A stretch of 64,000 nt of DNA from Candidatus Hydrothermarchaeum profundi (lineage in GTDB: Archaea; Hydrothermarchaeota; Hydrothermarchaeia; Hydrothermarchaeales; Hydrothermarchaeaceae): contig MTMF02000009.1 of the NCBI GenBank assembly GCA_002011125.2, positions 482,995 through 546,994 on the forward strand, written 5' to 3'. The number at the start of each line of letters is the position of its first letter. Position 1 is the stretch's first letter. Below, piece after piece: positions 45,613 to 54,842 of the stretch. A program made the position numbers and the translations under genes. The notes beneath the pieces were generated by a model. The model worked only from the letters and a program-made list of their open reading frames with translations, did not search any database and had not been told where the DNA came from.

Positions 45613-46359
45613 ATGGGAACAAAAAATAGGAAAGCTGGCAGCCATAGCGTCCATTGGGGCGCTGTTGCAGATTCAGATGATGAGGTTAAATCGTTCATAA
45701 TTGGAGCTGTGGAAAAACCTAGGTGGATAGAATCGCTGGAGTTGCATGATAGAAAGATAGACACCTACTTTTCAAAGGGTGAATACTTGAACACCTGTAC
45801 CATAATCGTTAACAACGAGATTTGGACGGCCTATCCTTTTATCTCCAGTGGAGTGGTCCATAGGATTCAGATAGATGAGATTGAGGAATGGGAGAACGGT
45901 ATTGAGGCGCAAATTCATGGTGGCCTAGAGGACGCTTCTATAACATTTTTTGACACCATGTATTTTAAGAACAAAGACACCTATAAAGGGGGGGAGAAAT
46001 ACAGATTTTCTATTTCAGCCTTGGCATATGCCCTATCTAAGGCTGACTCCAGAGTTATCAAAGATATTGATGGAATGGAATTCTCAACTGAAGGACTAGC
46101 CGGATATTTTCCCTTCGGTGAAGGGGATGTTGATGACTTTCTCTTTCAGACCCCGGTAAAGGAAGTCTCAGAACTAGGCTTTGGGGATAAGAGGGTTTAT
46201 AAAGTCAAGGCAGCTCTTTTCAGGGCAGATTACGGCTCAAGGGATGTGGATATTTTCATCTATGCTTCAGAAAAGGCGACCAAGGGCTATGTTCCAAAGG
46301 TAGGCGAGGACATCGGTGGGCTTCTCTGGCTACAGGGGTATCTCACTGGAGATGAATGA
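45613..46359 (+). CDS. Hypothetical protein
   Basis: 248-aa acidic ORF ending PKVGEDIGGLLWLQGY; no function recognised. Confidence 0.75.
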   Translation: MGTKNRKAGSHSVHWGAVADSDDEVKSFIIGAVEKPRWIESLELHDRKIDTYFSKGEYLNTCTIIVNNEIWTAYPFISSGVVHRIQIDEIEEWENGIEAQIHGGLEDASITFFDTMYFKNKDTYKGGEKYRFSISALAYALSKADSRVIKDIDGMEFSTEGLAGYFPFGEGDVDDFLFQTPVKEVSELGFGDKRVYKVKAALFRADYGSRDVDIFIYASEKATKGYVPKVGEDIGGLLWLQGYLTGDE

Positions 46360-46512
46360 GTTCTATAACTTCCATGGAGTCGTTGGAGAAGGGGTTTTTA
46401 GCTAGGGTGATGGTGTTCCATGTTTTTTGACGGTTCAACTGCATAGGCATATTTATTCTATGTCTGTTCCCGAATAAAAAAATTGGTCCTCTGGGAAAAA
46501 TAGTTATTTAAG

Positions 46513-46530
46513 AAATTAGAATTCTAATTT
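46513..46530. promoter_or_regulatory. Perfect 18-bp palindrome (putative operator)
   Basis: AAATTAGAATTCTAATTT between TTATTTAA and the GGAGGTG SD. Confidence 0.5.
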
Positions 46531-46545
46531 GTCGGAGGTGCACGA

Positions 46546-46782
46546 ATGATTGCAAAGCAGGGGGACAAGATTGTCCTGATTGAGCCTGTCAGGAGCGAAT
46601 TCAGCGATACCGTTTATCCACCCGGAACCGAAGGAGTAGTTGTTGAAGTATATGCGAGCCCTGAAGAGGGCTACGCTGTTGACCTGAGCATCCCTGACGA
46701 CACCCAGCCCGGAGGGTACCGATATGATAACGTAGTCTTATCTCCCGAGCAGTTCAGGATCGTTGATTTCGAGGAAAAATAA
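46546..46782 (+). CDS. DUF4926-like protein
   Basis: GDKIVL...PPGTEGVVVEVY...GYAVD. Confidence 0.7.
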   Translation: MIAKQGDKIVLIEPVRSEFSDTVYPPGTEGVVVEVYASPEEGYAVDLSIPDDTQPGGYRYDNVVLSPEQFRIVDFEEK

Positions 46783-46834
46783 AATTAGCTCCTTGGCGTC
46801 TTATGACCTTGTGCCTTCCTGCCTTCGATAGCAA

Positions 46835-47392
46835 TCATCGAGGCCGATATATGAGCCGTAGATTTGGCCAGGTGTATCCAAAGGCAATAGTCATCCATGC
46901 TTCTTGGAGAAGCTCTTCTCTTTTTCCTTCTACTTCCCGACAATTAAAACGATTTTCAAATCCTTCATCGAATGAGAGTATTATTTCTCGATCAGAGAAA
47001 TTTTCAAAAAGGTTTCTCATGAACCTAAGAACAGGAAGATCTAGTGGGGGAGTTGTGCGATAAAATTCATTTACTTTTTCCATGGTTCCGAATTCCAATG
47101 TATCCCAACCAGGTATGTTAAGCTGTTTTGCTAACTTACGATAGTAACGAATCATAGATTCTCCATTATAGTCGCCATATAGGGCGGTATAGACTTCATT
47201 TTTCAGCTCAAATACCAAGAAGCGTTCTTTACGGTCTTTGGGGATATTGAATAATTCTTCAATAGAGTAATTATGTTGAAGTTCTTCAAAATCAAGATTC
47301 CAAGCTACCTCTTTAGCTAATTTTAATATTTTTTCAGTTATACCATTTTTGTCGTTTTTTAGCTCGACCGCACCATAAAAGAAGAGGCTCAT
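46835..47392 (-). CDS. Hypothetical protein (immunity-like)
   Basis: 185-aa acidic, AT-rich orphan ORF. Confidence 0.7.
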   Translation of the reverse strand: MSLFFYGAVELKNDKNGITEKILKLAKEVAWNLDFEELQHNYSIEELFNIPKDRKERFLVFELKNEVYTALYGDYNGESMIRYYRKLAKQLNIPGWDTLEFGTMEKVNEFYRTTPPLDLPVLRFMRNLFENFSDREIILSFDEGFENRFNCREVEGKREELLQEAWMTIAFGYTWPNLRLIYRPR

Positions 47393-47471
47393 TTTATTCC
47401 TTTAATTCCCATTCAATTTTGTGAGGCAAGCATATATTCCATATTTAATTCCACTAGTATCTTACTCATTA

Positions 47472-47942
47472 TTATTCAAATCTTTCTTTCTCTTTATCGA
47501 TTATCGAGTATATTATCTTTTTAATGTCTCTTATTTCCTTGGTCTCTGCGCCTCTTACCACTACCTCTACCGCCCAACCACCGATCCTAGTATAGGGCAG
47601 AACCACCTTCATCATACTCTTCTCATCCCCGGGAGGGATGAATGTGATCTCCAAATCAATTCCATCCTTCTCCGGGTAGAATGGTATCTCTTTAGGAATA
47701 TGCCGTCTTAACCTCACAGGCTGTATCTTATCTCGTTCCTTCTCTTCTTTTACAAGCTTCTCGTAATCTGGATTTGGTATGTATTGCACATTATTGCTGT
47801 AGTCTATCCACAGGCCGTAGGCGTGTTTTTTTACATCGAAGTTCTTAAAATGCTCAAAGTAGGCGGTCTGGCTTTTTATTTCCTTCGCAATATGCTGGAC
47901 TATGTCTTCCATGACCCTCCGATCGGGAATTTCAATTTTCAT
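47472..47942 (-). CDS. Hypothetical protein
   Basis: 156-aa ORF with an upstream TATA at leaderless spacing. Confidence 0.7.
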   Translation of the reverse strand: MKIEIPDRRVMEDIVQHIAKEIKSQTAYFEHFKNFDVKKHAYGLWIDYSNNVQYIPNPDYEKLVKEEKERDKIQPVRLRRHIPKEIPFYPEKDGIDLEITFIPPGDEKSMMKVVLPYTRIGGWAVEVVVRGAETKEIRDIKKIIYSIIDKEKERFE

Positions 47943-48108
47943 TTAATTTATATTATAGATGTTTTGAAGATTAATACTTTTACCTTAGGAGTAATACGTT
48001 AGGTGTAGGCATTACTGCTACTACTTTGACTCGAAGAAAAAATATAATAAAGAAAGACATCTTCTAGTTGGGAAAGCTTTAATACAGAAGATAGATAATT
48101 ATAGAATC

Positions 48109-48312
48109 ATGTGCCTTATACCGCCTGAGCATATGAGGCGCTATGAGCAGGGGGAGGTACCTTTAGGTAAGGAGTTTGAATGTAGAAACTGTGGAGAATC
48201 CGGGATAGTGAATGTATGGAAGAACAAGCGGCCAGTATGCCCGAAATGTGGCTCCTCTGATGTAATCCTAACTCCTGGCGGGACTCATATGCCTGATGGT
48301 TGCCGCGACTAA
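48109..48312 (+). CDS. Small Zn-ribbon protein (copy 1)
   Basis: CRNC...CPKC; near-identical paralog at 53050. Confidence 0.7.
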   Translation: MCLIPPEHMRRYEQGEVPLGKEFECRNCGESGIVNVWKNKRPVCPKCGSSDVILTPGGTHMPDGCRD

Positions 48313-50639
48313 CAGGGTGGTTTTTTAACATGTTTTATTGTTAGGACACCTGTCATGGAGTACTCGATCAGGGTCCTCGGTGCCCCGGGTATGAATCTTT
48401 TCTCTCCCCTGTCAAGGGCTTCTTCTTCTTTCCAGAGGGATAAGCCGTGGTATGGGAAGTCTGGGTCGTTTATCTTCGCCCATGGCCAGCCGAGGGCGGG
48501 TTCGCCGTCCTTGACTAATATTATATCGCTCTTAGAAGCCACGGCTAGCTTAAGCTCTTTTTGCGTTATCCTTGTGGCCCAGAAGACCTTGTCTCTTAGA
48601 GCTTCTGACAGCGCTGTTACCTTGCTGGTTATCTCGTAGGCTGTTTCAGCAGGCTCTAGGTCTATGAATCCAACGTAGGCGTCATCTATGATGAAGTGAA
48701 GGCTGGGGGCTCCATCGTTTACTACGTACTGGGCCTTTAAGCCTTCTCCAAGGCTCAGGGCGGCCTTCGGTTCGAACTCGCTGTACGCCAGAAGGGTCTT
48801 AACTTTTGCTGGGGCTATGCTCATTCTGTAGTTCTCGGAGCTCGTTACTAGGTAGTCTTTTCCCTCGTAGGCGAAGACCCCGCCTGCCTCTGGGCCTGCG
48901 AGGACCTTGCCGAGCCTTATCCTCACCGGGGGCCCGCTGTCATGGAGGTAGAGGGAGTCATAGAGGGAGTCGCCTTCGATGTCTTTTATCGGTGAGAGGG
49001 TGTAGACCTCCCCTGATTCTCCTTTGATGTCCACGCTCAGCAGGGTCTCGTAGTCTCCTACTTCCTCTGGGAGCTTGTGCACGGTTACAGGGAGGGATGT
49101 TGTAACCCCCCCGATGGCGGCGGAGATGATGCCTGAGCCGGGGGCTTCAGGGGAGAAGGCGAGGGTCTCCCCGGTCTGGGAAATTCTGAACTCCGTTGAA
49201 CTCCAGGAGACCTCTACAGGGTTGCCCGCGGGGCCGTAGGCAGTGAAGGTGGCTTGCTCGCCCTCATAGAAGCACGTGCGGTTACCCGGGGTGCCTATTG
49301 TCACCCCGCCGGTAATAGTTGCATTTCCTTTTTCAACACAATGAGCTATACCATTGCCGCTTATCCCTCCGAACACGTAGTTATCCGGAGCCTCTTCTGG
49401 CGACATTTTAAAGGAAAAAGTAACGCTATGATAACCCGACCCTTCGCGAATACAGGTAAACTTGAATTTTTTAGTCCAGCGTTCACCTGGCCTAAGAAGG
49501 GGATATACTGTGCCGTCCTTTTCTAACTCCAAACTACCTTTAGCAGTGGGTTCTATTTCCACATTTTTTAATTCAGTTGGTAGTTGTCCTTCTTCTAACT
49601 CCCCCTTAGGAAGGTTCTGGATAATGAATGTTGCTTCAAAAGAATTGCCCACAGAAAGACTAATTTCATGGGGAATTATCATAATTTTAACCGTGCCAGC
49701 TTGTATAGTTTGTTGTCCTCCAACTCCGGTAATTGTAGCTTCTTTAGTTATAATTGGTATTAGATATTTTTCATCAACGCATTCAGCAGTGCCTCTTATC
49801 CATATAGATACGTCAATAAGATTACTCGGCTCCTCCACCTGTGGAACCCAATAGCCAACACTAGCGCCATATCTACCTTTTCCGCCGTGGCAAATATAAT
49901 AAAAGGTTGTTTGGTAATGCTCCCCAGATTTAAGGATTCCAATCTCTTTTGAACTGCTTATCGTACCCACAGGAATATCCCAGACTTCGGGCCATATCGC
50001 TGCATATTTTATATCTGTAGGTTTTCCTTCCTTTAACTCCTCGGCTGGTAAGTTCCAGATTTCAAAATCCGCCTTAAAAATACTTTCAGGAGGAAGGCTT
50101 ATTCTTTCCGGACGCATTTTAAATTTAATAGTCCCCATCCGTTTAACCACCCAACTGAAATGGCTGGTGTTTCCTTCTATATACGCCTCTCCAGGTCCCA
50201 CCACCACCCTCTGATCCTGGAGGAGCTCGACTTCTCCCCTGCCATTAACGGTGAGGAGGATGGGTGGCGCTACTTCTGTCTTGTTCGCGGTTATGTTGTA
50301 GAGGGAGCTGTCTAGGGCTATCTTGATGGTCACTGGCTTCTTGAAGGCTATGCCCTCTGGTCCGAGGCGGTATGGCTGCCCGATGACTGGCATCTCCCTC
50401 AGAGCCTTTGGTAGTTCATCTACGGAGGTAGCCTCACAGGTGACGGTGGTTTCCTTCTTTAAGGCGCCCTCTGGCACATCTACCAACACTCTGCCGTTGT
50501 CGCAGCTGAGGTTACCGCCCCCGGGGCCTATGATCGCTGAGGCTACTGCGATTTCGCCTGGGCCGTGGAGGAGAAATAACAGGGCAACACTCGTGGCTAA
50601 GGCAGCCAATAATAAGAGATAAGTCTTACTCCTACCCAT
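48309..50639 (-). CDS. Exported protein with ZU5-like domain (HFS motif) and two Ig-like repeats
   Basis: Signal/anchor helix; IIGPGGG...VDVPEGAL...YRLGPEGIAFKKPVTI...TSHFSW; duplicated ~140-aa beta-rich unit. Confidence 0.75.
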   Translation of the reverse strand: MGRSKTYLLLLAALATSVALLFLLHGPGEIAVASAIIGPGGGNLSCDNGRVLVDVPEGALKKETTVTCEATSVDELPKALREMPVIGQPYRLGPEGIAFKKPVTIKIALDSSLYNITANKTEVAPPILLTVNGRGEVELLQDQRVVVGPGEAYIEGNTSHFSWVVKRMGTIKFKMRPERISLPPESIFKADFEIWNLPAEELKEGKPTDIKYAAIWPEVWDIPVGTISSSKEIGILKSGEHYQTTFYYICHGGKGRYGASVGYWVPQVEEPSNLIDVSIWIRGTAECVDEKYLIPIITKEATITGVGGQQTIQAGTVKIMIIPHEISLSVGNSFEATFIIQNLPKGELEEGQLPTELKNVEIEPTAKGSLELEKDGTVYPLLRPGERWTKKFKFTCIREGSGYHSVTFSFKMSPEEAPDNYVFGGISGNGIAHCVEKGNATITGGVTIGTPGNRTCFYEGEQATFTAYGPAGNPVEVSWSSTEFRISQTGETLAFSPEAPGSGIISAAIGGVTTSLPVTVHKLPEEVGDYETLLSVDIKGESGEVYTLSPIKDIEGDSLYDSLYLHDSGPPVRIRLGKVLAGPEAGGVFAYEGKDYLVTSSENYRMSIAPAKVKTLLAYSEFEPKAALSLGEGLKAQYVVNDGAPSLHFIIDDAYVGFIDLEPAETAYEITSKVTALSEALRDKVFWATRITQKELKLAVASKSDIILVKDGEPALGWPWAKINDPDFPYHGLSLWKEEEALDRGEKRFIPGAPRTLIEYSMTGVLTIKHVKKPPC

Positions 50640-50701
50640 AAATATAGATTAGCTCTTGGAATAAAGAATTTTCCTTTTCCTGCATTATAGACTTGGTAAT
50701 A

Positions 50702-51628
50702 CTATTTTTTCTCATGAATTATCAGAAGTTTTAGCTTGGGGTCTAGGGTGTAGATGACCTGGTTTAGCACGCTCTGGCCGAGCATTGGGTAAATCCACAT
50801 GGGTTGCTGCATGAGAAACACTAAGCTGTCGTTGAAGGTAAGGTTGTCGATCTGTAGGTTGGCGAAGGCGTAGTCGAGCCTCCCGAGGTTAGGTGTTTCA
50901 AAGCCGGTTTTCTTCCTCTCTATCCCCAGCTCCTCAACAGTGCTGGGAGGCAAGGTTGTGTCGCTTAACCCCGTGTCCAGGAAGAAAGACACCTCTCTAC
51001 CGTTTATCTTCCCCGGGAGAAAAACGATTCCATTCTCTATCCTCAAGGGGATAACAGCAAGGGCTTCTCCCGGCAGGCTACCCGGCTCTCGGACTACAAT
51101 GATGTTGCTCTCCGCGTCAATCGTCCACTGATACCTCAAGATGATGTCTGTTCCAAGGAAGCCGTCGATTCCGGGGAAGACCTCCTCCCGGTAGACCTTA
51201 ACAGGATAATCCCTGTAGGTGTCGTTGAAAAGCCTGAAGGATAGCCTCGCCTCCCCCACGAGTATCGGCTTGCCCATGGAGTCCCTCCAGCTCGTATCCT
51301 TGACAGGAAGCAGTTCTAAGCCGAGCTCTCTGGCGAGCCTCGAGGATACTAGGGTCCCCACGATAGCCCCGGTGTCCCAGCTGAAAAACTTGGAGAAACT
51401 CTGGAACTCCACTTCAACACCGAAGACCCTGTTGTCCCTCCCTGGGGCTTTGCTTCCAAGGATCGGCACGAGCTCAGCCCGGAAGCCTCGTTGGAGGTAG
51501 TCTTTTTCTTCAATCCCAGGCTTCTGATGAGTTTCTCCCGTCTGCCGGAAAAAAAGTATTAAGACTGCAAACACCATGAGAGCCAGCAGTAATGGCAGGA
51601 AACGGAGGTTGTTAGATACCAGGGACAT
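50702..51628 (-). CDS. Membrane-anchored two-domain retropepsin-like aspartic protease
   Basis: WDTGA...DGFLG and FLDTGL...MLG motifs; N-terminal TM helix. Confidence 0.85.
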   Translation of the reverse strand: MSLVSNNLRFLPLLLALMVFAVLILFFRQTGETHQKPGIEEKDYLQRGFRAELVPILGSKAPGRDNRVFGVEVEFQSFSKFFSWDTGAIVGTLVSSRLARELGLELLPVKDTSWRDSMGKPILVGEARLSFRLFNDTYRDYPVKVYREEVFPGIDGFLGTDIILRYQWTIDAESNIIVVREPGSLPGEALAVIPLRIENGIVFLPGKINGREVSFFLDTGLSDTTLPPSTVEELGIERKKTGFETPNLGRLDYAFANLQIDNLTFNDSLVFLMQQPMWIYPMLGQSVLNQVIYTLDPKLKLLIIHEKK

Positions 51629-51869
51629 TAATATAAAATTACTCGGCGAATAAAAAAAATTTTTCTTCTCTAGTTAATCGTAACTAGGCGGGAATAAACC
51701 CTAAAAAATGAGGTCTGGAATAACTTGAAGTGAGCAATCTGATATCCCCGAACTTTTAGTGAAATTCTTAAGGAAAAATTAGAAAGTACCCCATGGGTAT
51801 AGGCAATGAAGAGTTCCGTCCATGAGCTTTCCAACATAACTGTAAAAAGGCCCCTGTCAGGGTGGTTAT

Positions 51870-52580
51870 CTACAAAATTTTTTCAAGGCCCCTGATATCT
51901 TTTCTTAGATGAGTGGTATAGCGGGGCAGGTACTCTAATATTATATTGCCCTGCCAGCCTTTACTTTGTAATAGTTTGACTACTTCAGCGCAGAAACTGT
52001 CAATAGGCAGATGATGCTCCTTTTCTCCTTTTGCAGATAGGTGTACCACCCTTATATTATGCCAATAGCTTTCTATGATCCGAAGTATCAATGAATTATC
52101 CCGTATGTGAGATACATCTAATGTCATGGGCAGCCCTCTTTCAACTATTTCTAGGGGCTGAAACAGCCTTTTCCTTCCTCTGAAGGTTTCAATACAAAAC
52201 TTGGCATCTGAACCTTCCTGCAGTCTCCTTAGGAACATTAAAGCTTTCTCCTGAAGCGTGGCTCTGTTAGATTTAACTTGGTTAGGATGAACTGTAACAT
52301 CTCTAACACCAAGAGCATTTGCAAATTCTAAGGTCTTTTTACCCCAGGTTAAAAAAGCCTCTTCCGAGATCCTCCCCTGCGTGGCATGTATAGACAGTAT
52401 CTCTAATTTCTCCTTTAAGAAAAACTCCAGTACTTCCTTCAGTCTATCCTCTATGGGAAGCCAGAGTTCCTGATATCGCCACGGCAAGGCGAGTTCTATG
52501 GGAAAATCTACATCAGAAAAGCTCTCTAGGTCCTCGAGTCTGTCAAAGCTAACTCTGCCGCCTATTCTAACAGCTGCCAT
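51870..52580 (-). CDS. Xylose isomerase-like/AP endonuclease TIM-barrel protein
   Basis: SIHA, TVHP, IET, LDVSH, VHLS, HLP, ILEY. Confidence 0.82.
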   Translation of the reverse strand: MAAVRIGGRVSFDRLEDLESFSDVDFPIELALPWRYQELWLPIEDRLKEVLEFFLKEKLEILSIHATQGRISEEAFLTWGKKTLEFANALGVRDVTVHPNQVKSNRATLQEKALMFLRRLQEGSDAKFCIETFRGRKRLFQPLEIVERGLPMTLDVSHIRDNSLILRIIESYWHNIRVVHLSAKGEKEHHLPIDSFCAEVVKLLQSKGWQGNIILEYLPRYTTHLRKDIRGLEKIL

Positions 52581-52704
52581 ATACTTTAATAATGAGCCCC
52601 TAGATAGTTTTTTAAGTATTGGGAACCGTTTTTAGTAATAGCGACTTGAAGAGCCTGCAAGGAATAGATATAAGAGATTAGAAAATAAAAAGAGGGGAGA
52701 CATT

Positions 52705-52944
52705 ATGTCGAAACAAACTATCAAGAAAAAATATATTGGCTCTGCTACTATGCAAGACAACGGCACGATTTTACTACAACTTCGAGCCGAAAGCTCTGAG
52801 GGCACTATCGGTGATGTGCTGTTGAAGTATCCACCCCAGCATCCACAATATCGCAAAATCCTCCGGCATGTTGGTGGATTAAAACCGGGCGAGTGCAAAC
52901 CTGTTTCACCTTGGCCTGAAGAAGAGAATTCAAAGTATAGCTGA
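52705..52944 (+). CDS. Small hypothetical protein
   Basis: IGSATMQDNGTILLQLRAE...HVGGLKPGECKPVSPWPE; GAGGGG SD. Confidence 0.7.
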   Translation: MSKQTIKKKYIGSATMQDNGTILLQLRAESSEGTIGDVLLKYPPQHPQYRKILRHVGGLKPGECKPVSPWPEEENSKYS

Positions 52945-53049
52945 AAGGTAGGACCAATACTTTTCTTTAGAGCTCTTTTTTTGATTATTAAAACAAAACA
53001 ATAAATACTCCATACCATTACTAATAAAATAAAGGGAAGGGCTGTTGCA

Positions 53050-53296
53050 ATGTGCATTATACCTCCGGAAGTAGCAGATGCCTATGAAAAGGGGGGAGGT
53101 ACCCCTGGGCAGGGAGTTCGACTGTAGAAACTGTGGAGAATCCGGGATAGTGAATGTGTGGAAGAACAAGCAACCGGTATGCCCAAAATGTGGCTTCCCT
53201 GATGTAATCCTAACTCCTGGCGGGACTCATATGCTTAATAGACCTATTTTCTGGTACAGGCTACAATGGTGGCTTTCCCATCTTCTCCTAAACTAG
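53050..53296 (+). pseudogene. Zn-ribbon protein copy 2, frameshifted in a G6 run
   Basis: ATG at 53050 aligns with 48109; G6 at 53091-53096 versus G5 in copy 1. Confidence 0.7.
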
Positions 53297-53340
53297 ATTC
53301 CGCAAGATTTTTGATGTTGGAAGGAGAAATTATTTTAAAA

Positions 53341-53598
53341 ATGAAGTTGCTTTCCAAGGAAGAAAGGGAATATTTCGAGGACCTCGAGAAGAATTTCGAC
53401 AGCCATGTGGAGAAGTACAGGGAAGAAAAGGAAAGGCAGCTGAAAGAAGGAAAGAGGAAAGAACTCGAGGAGGAACTCAGAGGCATAGAGGGTTACCTGG
53501 AAGGTATTTGGAGAGGAGAAATTTCTGACATCCAGGTAAATATCAGGTTCCATAGCGCTAAGTTACAGGTACTTAAAGAGGTTCTTGAAATTTGTTGA
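53341..53598 (+). CDS. Hypothetical charged helical protein
   Basis: ATG after GGAG; first gene of a + strand cluster. Confidence 0.6.
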   Translation: MKLLSKEEREYFEDLEKNFDSHVEKYREEKERQLKEGKRKELEEELRGIEGYLEGIWRGEISDIQVNIRFHSAKLQVLKEVLEIC

Positions 53599-54437
53599 TA
53601 GAAAAAATGAAAGAACTCGACGAGAGTTTTATTTCGGGTGTAATTATAGAGGAACTCTGGAAAGACGAGGACAAGGTTGAACAACAGGGTAGTGGTTGGT
53701 TTTCCAGAGAGGGAGAGTGGAGTTGTAACCTTAGAGAGGTAAAAGTAGACGATGTCAAGAAGCTCCGGGAGGGAGGCTACGAAGTATCTGCAACCTGCAA
53801 CATGGAAATCCAAACAGCACAAGTATATTCCTTTGACCATCCCCCAAAAGAAGCTCTTGGACGGGTAACGGTAAAAGTAAACGAGGACCTCAAGGTGGAG
53901 GAGTTCGATTATAAATGGATGAGCGAAGCTTTGGGTGGGCGATGTGGCTATAGCTTGGAAGAGATAACTGAGTGCAGGGACCTGCAGATGCTAGAGTTGG
54001 AATATCAGAAGCTCACCGAGCTACCTCCCGAGATAGGAGAGCTAAGGGACCTTAGGTATCTGATTATAAGAGGTAATTCCCTAACTCAGCTTCCACCAGA
54101 GATAGGGAAGCTTAAAAACTTGGAGTATCTTGATTTATGCTTAAACCGCCTTACTGCTCTCCCAGCAGAAATAGGAGAGCTTCGAAGCTTGTGGAAGCTT
54201 GATTTAAGGAGCAACCAACTCACTCGTCTTCCAGTTGAGATCAGGAACTTAACAAATCTGAGGTATCTCTACCTAGGAAATAATAAATTCTCTAAGGATG
54301 AAAAATCAAGGATCAGGGAGTTCCTGCCGAGGTGCCGGGTTTCCTTCTGGTTCTGGGGACCGCATTACGGCGTGTTTTTAGGGAATTTGGATGAGGAGTT
54401 AGAGGAGTTAGAGGAATCATTCAGGAGGCACTCATAA
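53592..54437 (+). CDS. Leucine-rich-repeat protein with uncharacterised N-terminal domain
   Basis: 4-5 LxxLxLxxNxLxxLPxEIGxL repeats. Confidence 0.9.
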   Translation: MLIEKMKELDESFISGVIIEELWKDEDKVEQQGSGWFSREGEWSCNLREVKVDDVKKLREGGYEVSATCNMEIQTAQVYSFDHPPKEALGRVTVKVNEDLKVEEFDYKWMSEALGGRCGYSLEEITECRDLQMLELEYQKLTELPPEIGELRDLRYLIIRGNSLTQLPPEIGKLKNLEYLDLCLNRLTALPAEIGELRSLWKLDLRSNQLTRLPVEIRNLTNLRYLYLGNNKFSKDEKSRIREFLPRCRVSFWFWGPHYGVFLGNLDEELEELEESFRRHS

Positions 54438-54841
54438 TGAAAATGCTTACAAAGGAAGTTATAGAGAAACTGGTACGCCGGGAGCTTGAAAAAGGTGAAA
54501 AGGAATTTGGGGAGTTATTCACAGCAGCTCAAGAAGGGAGGATAACTTGGGAGGAATTCAGGGATAAGAGCAGGACGCTACAAGGCTACGGCGTCTGGTG
54601 GAGCTCGGAGGCGCACTATTCCCTTGGAAAGGTGGAGGTAAACGAGGTCAACGAGCTGGGAGATGGTCTCTATGAAATCTCCGCGACATGTGACATGTTT
54701 TACGAGAGCGGGCATATAGTCTGGGGTGAAGGAGGAGAACTCGAAGAGTATGCCATAAGGCCTAAAAAAGCATCTGTAAAGATAAAGCTCAGGGTCAATG
54801 ACGCTCTTAAGGTGGAGGAGTTCAACTTCCGGTGGATTTGA
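54437..54841 (+). CDS. Hypothetical protein, paralog of the LRR protein N-domain
   Basis: YEISATCDM...VNDALKVEEFNFRW versus YEVSATCNM...VNEDLKVEEFDYKW. Confidence 0.75.
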   Translation: MKMLTKEVIEKLVRRELEKGEKEFGELFTAAQEGRITWEEFRDKSRTLQGYGVWWSSEAHYSLGKVEVNEVNELGDGLYEISATCDMFYESGHIVWGEGGELEEYAIRPKKASVKIKLRVNDALKVEEFNFRWI

Positions 54842-54842
54842 A

